From positions 128,001 through 192,000 of the forward strand of contig JBHJGN010000029.1 in assembly GCA_050331735.1 (NCBI GenBank): 64,000 nt of DNA. Direction: 5' to 3'. A model generated the notes under the pieces. It ran no database searches. It was not told the DNA's origin and saw nothing but the letters and a program-made list of their open reading frames with translations. Made by a program: the position numbers and the translations under genes. The stretch comes from Cyanophyceae cyanobacterium. GTDB lineage: Bacteria > Cyanobacteriota > Cyanobacteriia > Cyanobacteriales > JBHJGN01. Below, one piece after another: positions 30,584 to 40,218 of this stretch. Every line of letters starts with the position of its first letter. The stretch's first letter is position 1.

Positions 30584-32257
30584 ATGACAGTAGATTTCGA
30601 CTTCAGTCACTACTATACCTACGACGAACTGGTTCGCTACCTCCATTCACTAGCTCAAGCATACCCTCAGTTAATTAGCCTCAAAGTAATCGGACAAAGC
30701 TACGCCGAACGAGATATCTGGATCGCAATCGTTACCACTCAAAATAAGCCTGCTCTGGAAAAGCCAGGGTACTGGATTGATGCGAATACCCACGCCGGAG
30801 AAGTAACAGGATCGGCAGTAGCTCTCTACACAATTTACACCCTACTGACGCAGTACGCACAGAATGCCCAAATTACTCATCTCTTGGATAATTATACCGT
30901 TTATGTGCTCCCCAGAATTGCTGTTGACGGGGCCGAAAAATATTTAACGACTCCTTATAAATTACGCTCCAGCATCCGAGCCTATCCTCATACGGATGAG
31001 CGGGATGGACTTTATCCCGAAGATATCGATGGCGATGGCTTAATTCTGCACATGCGGATTCAAGACCACTGCGGAGCCTGGAAAGTTTCAGACAAAGAGC
31101 CTCGGATTATGGTGCGCCGCGAACCCGATGAGTTTGGCGGCACTTACTATACGGTGCTCCAGGAAGGTTTGATTCGCAACTACGACGGCTACGAGATTCA
31201 GCCTGCTCCTAATTTGGAAGGGCTGGACTTTAACCGCAATTACCCGCATCAGTGGGAACCAGAGGCTAGTCAGCAGGGCGCGGGGGAGTTTCCGTTTTCT
31301 GAGCCCGAAACCCGTGCTGAAGCGGAATTTTGGCGCGAACATCGCAACATCAACGGCTTTATCACCTTTCATACTTACTCTGCGGTTATTCTCCGTCCTT
31401 ATGGCACTCACGCCGACGACTATTTCCCGGTCGAGGATTTAGAAATGTACAAGCTGATTGGGCGCAAAGGCACTGAGTTGACAGGCTATCGGTGTATCTC
31501 CAGCTATCACGATTTCCGCTACCACCCGAAAGAAGTCACGACGGGCATTATGGACGACTATGCCTACGATCACTTTGGCTGGTACGGCTTCACCGTGGAG
31601 CTTTGGGATGCGCCGACGGCGGCGGGAGTGGAGAAAAAAGATCTCGTAGAGTGGTTTCGCTGGCATCCTCCCGACGACGAGCTAAAAATTATGCAGTGGA
31701 ACGACGAGAAGCTAGGCGGAAAAGGATTTATCGACTGGCATCCCGTTGAACATCCCCAGCTCGGTACGGTAGAAATTGGCGGCTGGGATTTTAAACGTAT
31801 GTGGCAGAATGCCCCTACAGAGTATCTCCCGGAACTGTGCGAGAAACACTGTCGCTTTGCCATTGCCCATGCGCTGATGTCCCCTCGATTGGCAGTTGCC
31901 CGCACCTCTGTCACTCACCAAGGAGGCGATGTTTATCACGTCGTTGTGCAGCTTGAAAATCAGGGCTTTTTACCCACCTACACCAGTCAGAAAGCTCTAG
32001 AACGACAGGCGGTGAGACCAATTGAGGTAACGCTCTCTCTCCCAGAAGAGGCAACCTTAGTGAGCGGTAAACCACTACAGGAAATTGGTCACCTGGAAGG
32101 ACGCTCTAACAAAGCGCTGAGCAGTACCGCTAATGGAAATGATTATCGTTGCCATATAGAGTGGGTTGTTAAAGCGGCATCCGGCAGCCAAGTTCAAATA
32201 ACGGCCAAAGCAGAACGGGCTGGCACGGTGCGGCAAAACTTGACGCTAGCATTTTAG
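30584..32257 (+). CDS. M14 zinc carboxypeptidase family protein
   Basis: HAGE, DFNRNYP, FSEPET and FHTYS motifs. Confidence 0.92.
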   Translation: MTVDFDFSHYYTYDELVRYLHSLAQAYPQLISLKVIGQSYAERDIWIAIVTTQNKPALEKPGYWIDANTHAGEVTGSAVALYTIYTLLTQYAQNAQITHLLDNYTVYVLPRIAVDGAEKYLTTPYKLRSSIRAYPHTDERDGLYPEDIDGDGLILHMRIQDHCGAWKVSDKEPRIMVRREPDEFGGTYYTVLQEGLIRNYDGYEIQPAPNLEGLDFNRNYPHQWEPEASQQGAGEFPFSEPETRAEAEFWREHRNINGFITFHTYSAVILRPYGTHADDYFPVEDLEMYKLIGRKGTELTGYRCISSYHDFRYHPKEVTTGIMDDYAYDHFGWYGFTVELWDAPTAAGVEKKDLVEWFRWHPPDDELKIMQWNDEKLGGKGFIDWHPVEHPQLGTVEIGGWDFKRMWQNAPTEYLPELCEKHCRFAIAHALMSPRLAVARTSVTHQGGDVYHVVVQLENQGFLPTYTSQKALERQAVRPIEVTLSLPEEATLVSGKPLQEIGHLEGRSNKALSSTANGNDYRCHIEWVVKAASGSQVQITAKAERAGTVRQNLTLAF

Positions 32258-32622
32258 ATTAAAGTGAAGAGCTGTTGGCCACTAAGTCAAGAAATTTCTC
32301 TAGTGTATCTACTGAAAGCTATAGTTCGCACTTCATCCTATCTGCTGAAAGAACGGATCTGTATTGTAAACAGCAACATAAACAGATACATAACTCGCTA
32401 AGACTAACCACAATAGACGAAAGAGTATAAGCAGTGAAGCTTTTCGACTTACACAAAAATAATAGCTGCATACCACCAGCGAAACGAGCTACGAATCTCC
32501 AATTGTTCTCTCATTTTAATGATATTTACCTCACATAAAAATTTGCTGCCTTGTTCATCAGCTTTGCCCTGAAGATGCCGATCAACTCCATGAGTTTTTT
32601 TATTTCTTCTACGCTTGTAGAA

Positions 32623-33096
32623 TCACTGTTGAATTAAGTTAAAGAAAAAATCGTCAAGATCGTATCCGAGGGTTTGGGTCATCGATTTGAGGCGAGATTG
32701 ACTGGGGATCGACTGCTGCTGTAGCCACTGAGATAGAATAAAAACTTTCTGCATCACAAAAATTTCTAGCGCCTCTGGGTTGTACTGAATCCCTTCAGTG
32801 CGGTTAAATTGGTGGGGAACGAGCATCGCCGTGTAGCGAGCTAACTCTCCGGCTTTCCAGTCGAGCAGGAAAGGGAGCCAAGGATAGTGGGCATCAAGGC
32901 GAACAAACCACAGTCGCACTTCGGGAATTTCGGAAAGTTCTCTAGGATCGCTCTCACTGCGAGGCCAATCAATGTTCAAACGAAGCTGCTGTTCGTAGTC
33001 AGCAATGTGGGGCAGCACTGGCTCGATGGCTTGCTGAACTGGAGAAAGATCTAAATGTTGCAGGTGATCGGAGTTAACGGTGACTACAAGTGACAC
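32623..33096 (-). CDS. CRR6 / DUF1817 NDH-1 assembly factor
   Basis: DPRELSEIPEVRLWFVRLDAHYPWLP and YNPEALEIF motifs. Confidence 0.88.
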   Translation of the reverse strand: MSLVVTVNSDHLQHLDLSPVQQAIEPVLPHIADYEQQLRLNIDWPRSESDPRELSEIPEVRLWFVRLDAHYPWLPFLLDWKAGELARYTAMLVPHQFNRTEGIQYNPEALEIFVMQKVFILSQWLQQQSIPSQSRLKSMTQTLGYDLDDFFFNLIQQ

Positions 33097-33205
33097 GGAG
33101 ATTCAATGGTTTTTGTTGATGGTTGATTGCTACTCTGCTTCAGAGTTTACTGTATCTGACTGTTCCCAGAAGCGCTATAGCATTGTGGAGGGGGTGGAGG
33201 TGAAA

Positions 33206-34006
33206 ATGAATCAAAAACATGCCATCATTACGGGGGGCTCTAGCGGCATTGGCAAGGAAACGGCCAAGCTACTCGCCCAAGCAGGATACAGTATTTCTAT
33301 TATTGCCCGTAATCTGGACAAACTCGAAGCGGCAAAGACAGAAATTCAGCGAGCAACAAGCCAAGAGCAACAGGTTATTACTATCGCTGCTGATGTATCT
33401 CAGCAGCCCCAGGCAGCACAGGCGATTGAACAGGCGATCGCTCAACTCGGTTCCCCCACGCTTCTAATCACCTCCGCTGGCGTTGCTCATCCAGGTTATT
33501 TCCGGGAACTACCCCTAGAAATATTTGAACGCACAATGGCAGTCAATTACTTTGGCTCCCTGTACTGTATCAAAGCTGCGTTACCAGCCATGCAGCCAGA
33601 AAGTCAGATCGTGTTGATTTCCTCGGGGGCAGGCTTAATTGGTCTTTACGGCTATACTCCCTACAGTCCGACTAAATTTGCTCTTAGAGGGTTAGCGGAG
33701 TCGTTGCGCGGCGAACTGAAGCCATTGGGAATACAGGTGGCGATTGTTTATCCCCCTGATACCGATACTCCTCAGCTTGCCGCCGAGAATCGAACGAAAC
33801 CAGTGGAAACAAAAAAAATTACTGCAACCGCTGCAACCTGGAGTGCTGAAAACGTTGCCCAGGAAATTCTCAAAGGAGTCTACAAGCGCTCATTTATGAT
33901 TACTCCCGGACTTGAAATGACAGCACTGGGACGACTACATAGTTTGTTAGCCCCAGGATTAAATTGGTACTTTGATCGTCTGGTCACGAAGGTGCGACGT
34001 TCGTAA
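33206..34006 (+). CDS. SDR oxidoreductase, 3-ketodihydrosphingosine reductase-like
   Basis: TGGSSGIG, YSPTK (YxxxK) and YPPDTDTP...ENRTKP motifs. ATG at 33206 follows GGAGG. Confidence 0.85.
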   Translation: MNQKHAIITGGSSGIGKETAKLLAQAGYSISIIARNLDKLEAAKTEIQRATSQEQQVITIAADVSQQPQAAQAIEQAIAQLGSPTLLITSAGVAHPGYFRELPLEIFERTMAVNYFGSLYCIKAALPAMQPESQIVLISSGAGLIGLYGYTPYSPTKFALRGLAESLRGELKPLGIQVAIVYPPDTDTPQLAAENRTKPVETKKITATAATWSAENVAQEILKGVYKRSFMITPGLEMTALGRLHSLLAPGLNWYFDRLVTKVRRS

Positions 34007-34379
34007 GCTCTCTCAACCGTCCGCTCCAACGTGTTGTTAGACTTCGCTTTCGCGATCAGTCCACAACTTCTCTTCCGCTCTCCGCTTGCTGCTTTTGCGT
34101 GCTACAGCAATTTGTGGGGAGTGATTGTTCGCTTACTGAACGCAGCCCCCAGTTAGCAGAGTTCCTCTATTTTTCAGAGTGAGGATTATTAAGTACAAAG
34201 GGAAGCAACCAAAATCCTCATGAGTTCTTCTAAATCAGCCGGAACGCGGTAGAGATTAAGACCTTGGCTAATTTGTCGCTCCTCACGCTGGAGTAAGCCA
34301 AACTGCCAAATATCTCCCGTCGATACAGCTCCCAACAGTACCGATTGGTCAGAATCTGTCCACGCGTCTAGAGCAATGA

Positions 34380-34528
34380 TACCAATTAGAAAAAGTCATG
34401 AGAGACTTGAGCCGTTGGGGAAAAGGGGAAAGGGTCAGGGGGAAAGGTAAACACAGCCAGCCTTTCCCTTTTAAGAGCCAACTCTTTGTTAGTGAGGAGA
34501 ACTATCTCACTCCTTTCGGTCAATGGTA
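34380..34528 (+). mobile_element. 149-bp MITE with TGA target duplication
   Basis: tga-TACCAATTAG...CAATGGTA-tga. Removing the element plus one TGA restores GAA CTC ATT GCT in the host gene. Confidence 0.92.
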
Positions 34529-34672
34529 TGAGTTCTACAGCTAATTGGGTGAAACCTTTTGCTAAATCTGCGTTCTTGGCTTCGACAACTAAGAGTTTTC
34601 GGTCTGTATAAAGGTAATAGTCGAGTGTTCCTTTAAGACGCTCGGTTACCGCTAGCGGGTATTCAATTCTAA

Positions 34673-34821
34673 TACCAATTAGAAAAAGTCATAGGAGACT
34701 TGATGAGTTGGGGGAAAGGGGAAGGGGTCAAGGGGAAAGGGAAGCACAGCAGCTCTTTGCCCTTGAACCTCCAATGCTTAGTTAGTTTAAGGAACTATCT
34801 GACTACTTTCGGTTAATGGTA
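34673..34821 (+). mobile_element. 149-bp MITE with TAA target duplication
   Basis: taa-TACCAATTAG...TAATGGTA-taa. Confidence 0.92.
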
Positions 34822-35125
34822 TAATATATATAAGGCGGGCTTTCTTCTAACCTGGCCTTGAGGTCGGCAAGACGATTAAGTTCTGTGTTAGCTAGGGGGA
34901 AGTTGAGGTGCGATCGCCTCAAGGTGTAGCCAAGCTCAGCTAGGGTATCTTCAGGCTCATAGGGTAACTCATAATAGCTTCTAAAGGTGTAGGACTGACC
35001 GGGCTGAAGAATGGGAGCGCGACTCATAGCCTGAGAAGTGAATAGCACTAACTAATTTTATGCTCGCTCCAAAGCTTCTTTAATAGCACGACTGTTGCTA
35101 GCAGTGCCGATTGTCTCGTCACCCC

Positions 35126-35154
35126 AAAAAACCCCTCAAAATACCGAGGGGTTT
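35126..35154 (-). terminator. Intrinsic terminator of the beta-helix gene
   Basis: On the minus strand: AAACCCCTC-loop-GAGGGGTTTTTT. Confidence 0.7.
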
Positions 35155-35228
35155 CAGGCATTGCAGGTTTGGAGAGCACAACCCTGAATTTTTATATAAA
35201 AAACAATGAACAATCAACAATTGTTCAA

Positions 35229-36632
35229 TTAAGCAAATTCGATGGTGGTGTTGCTGCCATCATCGATGATGTCGTCCATGCTAAGGTTAGTACCAGCGAG
35301 GACTTCAATGGTGTTGTTTTCACCAGTAACAACGACCGCTCCGTTGCCGTTGCCCAGGAAGGTGACATCTTCGCCAAGAGTAACGAAGTTATTATCTCCG
35401 GCGACTTCTAGTCCCCATTCGCCGTTACCGATGATGTCGGTCTCGACGAGTTCAAGAGTATTGTCATCGCCAAGAATGTCGATACCGTCTCCGTCATTCG
35501 TAAAGATGGCCGTGTCATTGACTACGAGATTGTTATCGGCTCCCGTTATATCAATGGTTAAGCCACTCACACCATTCGAGAAGATGAAGCTGTCGTTGAT
35601 GGTAGCTTCGTTATTATCGCCATCAATTTCAAAGCCTTGATCTTCGTTTAATTCAATTTCTACGTTATCCAAAGTGATGGTGTTCTGACCGCCCAAGATA
35701 TCGACGCCGTCGTCACTGTTTCCTCGGAATCCGCTGTCAGAAATATTAACGGTATTGTTGATGCCTTGGAAATCGATCAAGAAACCATCTAAGTTGCCAT
35801 CGAAAGCGCTTCGGTTTTCAATGGTCACTTGGTTATCGCGACCGTCAATCTCGAAGCCTGCTTCAGCATTATCTTCAAAAACACTGTTGTTTAAGGTAAT
35901 TGCCTGATCAGCGCCTTCGATGTCAAACCCGTCATCACCATTTTGGCGGAATTGGCTAGTAGAAAAGGTAAACGTATTACCCGTAGAAGTCGCATCGTCG
36001 CCGAAGCCGTCTGCACCATTGCCGCCAAAAAGGCTGGTTGTACCGGTAACTGTGTTGTCACTACCATCAATTTCAAAGCCATCTTCAGCGTTGCCAGTGG
36101 AAGAAGCGCTGTCTAGGTTGAAGGTATTTTCGATGCCGAAGAGGTCGAGTCCGTCATCTGTGTTGTCAAAAAAGGCCGAGCGAGTGATGTTGAACGTGTT
36201 GCCTACACCATTACGAGCAACTTCGAGTCCGTCGAGGTTGGCTTCAAATTCGCTGAGTTCGATATTGATTTCGTTGTTGGTTCCATCAACTTCGAGTCCT
36301 GCCGCCTCATTAAAAGCTGATTCCACGCGAGATAGGTTTAGGGTATTGCTGTCACCAAAGTTGTCAATACCGTCGTCGCCATTCTCGTTGAAAGTTGATT
36401 CATTAATATTGGCCGTGACGTTCTCGGTAGAACCGCGAAAGTCGATACCGTCATCTCCGTTGCTCAGGGATTCAACTCGGGTAAGCTCGACTTCGGCATC
36501 TTCCGCATCGATAACGGCAATCCCATCTGCTTCAAAGTCCTGGAAAATCTCGCTTTCTACGTCGATAGAACCGACGACCGTTAGCCCGTTTCCTTCGATG
36601 TCGATTACATTTTGGTTCATATCTTCGTCCAT
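35229..36632 (-). CDS. Highly acidic right-handed parallel beta-helix repeat protein
   Basis: ~24-aa repeats of the form (S)xFxxNxxDG(F/I/L)x(I/L)xGxxN; AGGAG Shine-Dalgarno; own terminator. Confidence 0.85.
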   Translation of the reverse strand: MDEDMNQNVIDIEGNGLTVVGSIDVESEIFQDFEADGIAVIDAEDAEVELTRVESLSNGDDGIDFRGSTENVTANINESTFNENGDDGIDNFGDSNTLNLSRVESAFNEAAGLEVDGTNNEINIELSEFEANLDGLEVARNGVGNTFNITRSAFFDNTDDGLDLFGIENTFNLDSASSTGNAEDGFEIDGSDNTVTGTTSLFGGNGADGFGDDATSTGNTFTFSTSQFRQNGDDGFDIEGADQAITLNNSVFEDNAEAGFEIDGRDNQVTIENRSAFDGNLDGFLIDFQGINNTVNISDSGFRGNSDDGVDILGGQNTITLDNVEIELNEDQGFEIDGDNNEATINDSFIFSNGVSGLTIDITGADNNLVVNDTAIFTNDGDGIDILGDDNTLELVETDIIGNGEWGLEVAGDNNFVTLGEDVTFLGNGNGAVVVTGENNTIEVLAGTNLSMDDIIDDGSNTTIEFA

Positions 36633-37306
36633 GATGTTGCTCCTTTATGATTTACGCTTGTTAGCTAATTTTATGTGGCCATTACATGAGCTAACACTCA
36701 ACAGACTCCCACCTGAAGGTTAAACAAAAATATGTTTCTGTTAAATTCCTGGTCAAGAAACGATTATTAAAGATTAAATACTAAAGCAAAAATATACATC
36801 GAAAGGAAGAGACGCAAAAAAGACAATTTTTTTGATGAATAGCTTGAGCAAAATACAGGCGAATAGTTAACCCCTATTTGTAATAATGCCTGTAGTTGCA
36901 AGTAACAAAAATATATATCGACTTGCCAGCTTTCTTTGATATTAAAGCCCCAAAAAAGCGCTTTCTAGTTTATTTTGGCTTTTAATTGGCAGATAATTTT
37001 ACTGTCCTAATTCAGCACCACTACACAGAGAGAGGTGTTAACAAAAACGTTAATTAAATTTAGTTTTTTCTTAACATAGTCTGACTGTACTAGTTTCCAA
37101 AAATGGAAAAATTATTTAACTAAAGCCAACTGTTTCATGCAGCGGACTTAACTTTAATTAAGCAAGCAAATTTACTCTAAAGCCCGCCTGTTTAGAAAAA
37201 AACATTTATAAGCAAGAAAAAACATCATCTATCTTTAGAATGAATTATCTTGGTTGTTTACTAAAGTGATGAAAATAACTGGAGGATGTCAATGAAAGAA
37301 TTGTTA

Positions 37307-37454
37307 TACCAATTAGAAAAAGTAATAGGAGACTTGATGAATTGGGGGAAAGGGGAAGGGGTCAAGGGGAAAGGGAAGCACAGCAGCTCTTTGCCCTTGA
37401 ACCTCCAATTGTTGGTTGGTTTGGGCACTATCTGACTACTTTCGGTAAATGGTG
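37307..37454 (+). mobile_element. 148-bp MITE with TTA target duplication
   Basis: tta-TACCAATTAG...AAATGGTG-tta; body nearly identical to 34673-34821. Confidence 0.92.
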
Positions 37455-37620
37455 TTAGCCTCAATGTGGAGGCACTGATTCGCGATCGCCTCTTCTCTGA
37501 GCAGCGACAAAACGATACATGCAGGCGATCGCTCACCACAGCTCTAGCAGATGATAGACGCAGAGGGACTAGAGAAGCGCTACATTAGCTATGACAAGCG
37601 CGATTAAACAAGGAGACCTA

Positions 37621-38424
37621 ATGCTAGAGCTATATCAGTTTGAGCTATCGCAGTATTCAGAGAAAGTCCGCCTGATCCTCGATTACAAGCAGCTACCCTA
37701 TCGTAAAGTGGAGGTTACTCCTGGCGTTGGCCAAGTTGAATTGTTTCAGAAGTGCGGTCAACGGCAGGTTCCCGTCTTAAAAGACGGCAATACCTTTATT
37801 GCCGATTCAACAGAGATTGCCCTCTATCTAGAGAGAAAATACCCCGAAAGACCGATTATCCCCACCGACCCCAAAGAACGGGGCTACTGTCTGCTCATTG
37901 AGGAATGGGCGGATGAATCGATTGGCAGCAAAGGACGCACAGCTTTTATCGGTGCCGCCAATCAAAATCCTAGCTTTCGGACGGCGGTTTTCTCCTCGCT
38001 CATTCCGCAAAACGTCCCGGACGTTCTCAAGACTGTTGTCGGGTCTGTGCCTTCAGAGTTGCTTAACGTTTTAGGAACAGGCGTTGGTTACGGAAAGGAA
38101 TCGGTGAAAAAAGCCAATACCAGCCTCAAGCAGGATTTAGAAGCGCTCAGCCTCATTTTGCAGGACCGCACTTATTTAGTCAGCGACTATCCTACGCTGG
38201 CCGATTTTGCCGTCGCCGGACTGAGTATGATTATTAAGTTCCCGGAAGGGCCCTACCTCCACTTACCCGAACAGCTTAAAGGCAAAGGAATTCCCGGACT
38301 GGCCGACAACAGCTTCTATGCCAACTTTTTTAACTGGCGCGATCGCCTCTACGGGGAATTTCGCAAACCCTTAGATAGTATGACTCCTGTCGGTTCAACG
38401 CCCACGGCTATCGAAATTGAATAA
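37621..38424 (+). CDS. Glutathione S-transferase family protein
   Basis: MLELYQFELSQYSEKVR, GQRQVPVL, DSTEI and PTLADFAV motifs; AGGAGA before ATG 37621. Confidence 0.9.
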   Translation: MLELYQFELSQYSEKVRLILDYKQLPYRKVEVTPGVGQVELFQKCGQRQVPVLKDGNTFIADSTEIALYLERKYPERPIIPTDPKERGYCLLIEEWADESIGSKGRTAFIGAANQNPSFRTAVFSSLIPQNVPDVLKTVVGSVPSELLNVLGTGVGYGKESVKKANTSLKQDLEALSLILQDRTYLVSDYPTLADFAVAGLSMIIKFPEGPYLHLPEQLKGKGIPGLADNSFYANFFNWRDRLYGEFRKPLDSMTPVGSTPTAIEIE

Positions 38425-38496
38425 TGGAGATTAGGGATGAGTTGGCAAGAGCTCAGCATCAGGTTTGGCTTCTGAGCTGTTTCTGCCTGCAATTCC

Positions 38497-38874
38497 CTAG
38501 TTCCTCCCCGCTTGAATCTCGTCAATTTTTTGTTTGAGAGCTTGCCAGGTGGAAGCTGTATGGCAGCAGTTTGTCAAGGGATCGTAGCCTTGCCATGCCT
38601 GGGTTTTGCAAATAAACCAGTCGCAGTAAAAACCGTTATCATCAAAATCTCCCTCTAGCATCATCCATTCGCCACCTAGCGGAAGGCCGTCGCGCGCAAA
38701 AGCTTCTAGTTGAGGTAGTAGCCACTCCCACAGCTCCTCAAACTGAGCAAAAATTCCGGGATGCCAGTAGAACTGGGTTCCTAGTCCGCTCATCTCAACT
38801 CGATAACCAGCGAGAACCTGGTAAATGCGGACTTCGATACTTTGATACTCAATTGCTTGGATCAGAACGCTCAT
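38497..38874 (-). CDS. Hypothetical Trp-rich protein
   Basis: 125-aa ORF with no recognised family; start uncertain. Confidence 0.6.
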   Translation of the reverse strand: MSVLIQAIEYQSIEVRIYQVLAGYRVEMSGLGTQFYWHPGIFAQFEELWEWLLPQLEAFARDGLPLGGEWMMLEGDFDDNGFYCDWFICKTQAWQGYDPLTNCCHTASTWQALKQKIDEIQAGRN

Positions 38875-39072
38875 TAATACAGTTCGTCGATTCTAGAGTG
38901 GGAATGGAAATATTGCTCCCCAAACCCTACACTCCGTTAACTGTAATGCGTACTGCTCTCTTCAAAATTCCTCAAGCTAGCCCTGACAATAATAGCGATA
39001 CACTAAGGCACTTTTATAGCGTGGGCTTTGGCGATCGCTCGTTATTCGCCTAGGATAAAAAGTAAAACGAAC

Positions 39073-40215
39073 ATGAGCGCAGCAGAATTTACCCTTGGCG
39101 TTGAAGAAGAATATCAGATTGTTGACCCGCAAACGCGAGAGCTAGCTGGACGAGCCGAACAGGTGATTGCCTCGGCTAAAGAAGAACTCGGCGATGCCGT
39201 TCAGCCAGAGATCCATCGCTCTCAAATTGAAACCGTCACCTCCGTCTGCTCTACTCTACAAGACGTGCGCGCTCAGGTCAGCGAATCCCGCCGCTCCGTG
39301 ATTGAAGCCGCCGCGAGAGAGCACAAGGCGATCGCTGCTGCTGGCACCCATCCGTTTTCTAGCTGGCAGCAGCAGTTAATTACCCCTAAAGAGCGCTACC
39401 AGGGGTTAGAACAGCACTATCAGCAGGTGATTCGCGAATTAGTCATCTTTGGCAGTCACGTTCATATTGGTGTGGCGGATCGCGAAATGGCCGTGGCCGT
39501 TGTCAATCGCGCTCGCATCTGGCTGGCGGTGCTGCTAGCGCTGACGGCTAATTCTCCTTTTTGGTTAGGTAACGACACCGGATATACCAGCTATCGCACC
39601 GAACTCTGGTATCGTATTCCCCTCGCCGGACCCCCACCCCTGCTGAAGGATTATGAGGACTATCGCCACTTAGTGAAGGCGCTTGTCTCTTCCGAGGTGA
39701 TTGAAGATGCCACTAAAATTTACTGGGATGCGCGTTTGTCTGAGAAATTTCCGACCGTTGAATTTCGCGTCGCGGATGTTTGCCTTACGGTAGATGAAGC
39801 CGTAATGTATGCCGGATTGGTACGGGGACTGGCGCGAACCTGCTATGAGGAAGCAACAAACGATGTCGTCTTTAAGCCCGTGTCTGCGCAGTTATTGCGA
39901 GCCGCTCATTGGCAGGCAGCAAGATATGGACTGCGAGGTAAACTCATCGACGTGGTGCAAGCGACACCGGTAGCAGCGCCGGAACTCGTCCAGACTTTTC
40001 TCACCTACATTCGCCCGGCCCTAGAAGAGTTTGGCGATTGGGAGGAAGTCTCGTTCCTCGTCGAAAAAACTCTCCATCACGGCAACGGCGGCGAAAGGCA
40101 GTATCACGTTTACCAACGTCGAGGCAGCTATGAAGAGGTGGTGGACTACCTTATCGAGCAAACCAAGCAAGGAACAGTGAGCAGTGAGCAGACAACGAGC
40201 AACAATCAACATTAA
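39073..40215 (+). CDS. Carboxylate-amine ligase, YbdK/GCS2 family (glutamate--cysteine ligase-like)
   Basis: TLGVEEEYQ, AGTHPF, GSHVHIG, ANSPFW and YWDAR...TVEFRVAD motifs. Confidence 0.92.
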   Translation: MSAAEFTLGVEEEYQIVDPQTRELAGRAEQVIASAKEELGDAVQPEIHRSQIETVTSVCSTLQDVRAQVSESRRSVIEAAAREHKAIAAAGTHPFSSWQQQLITPKERYQGLEQHYQQVIRELVIFGSHVHIGVADREMAVAVVNRARIWLAVLLALTANSPFWLGNDTGYTSYRTELWYRIPLAGPPPLLKDYEDYRHLVKALVSSEVIEDATKIYWDARLSEKFPTVEFRVADVCLTVDEAVMYAGLVRGLARTCYEEATNDVVFKPVSAQLLRAAHWQAARYGLRGKLIDVVQATPVAAPELVQTFLTYIRPALEEFGDWEEVSFLVEKTLHHGNGGERQYHVYQRRGSYEEVVDYLIEQTKQGTVSSEQTTSNNQH

Positions 40216-40218
40216 ATA

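Larger units (their letters stand above)
34189..35027 (-). pseudogene. PD-(D/E)XK-like cyanobacterial gene disrupted by two MITEs
   Basis: Fragments read MSRAPILQPGQSYTF...EESPPY / RIEYPLAVTERLKGTLDYYL...VVEAKNADLAKGFTQLAVEL / IALDAW...GAVSTGDIWQFG...LYRVPADLEELMRILVASLCT*. Confidence 0.88.

Noticed and set aside
34803..35048. 81-aa ORF as a complete gene
   Set aside because: It is the 5' fragment of the MITE-disrupted pseudogene; its stop lies inside the element.
35242..36723. Long plus-strand ORFs (132 and 267 aa) antisense to the beta-helix gene
   Set aside because: Ser/Pro-rich shadow frames explained by the biased codon content of the real gene.
37261..37539. 92-aa ORF, and similar ORFs at 17964-18173 and 27706-27936
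   Set aside because: They translate MITE or G/C-tract DNA (FPFPLTPSPFP-type sequence) and are unlikely to be genes.
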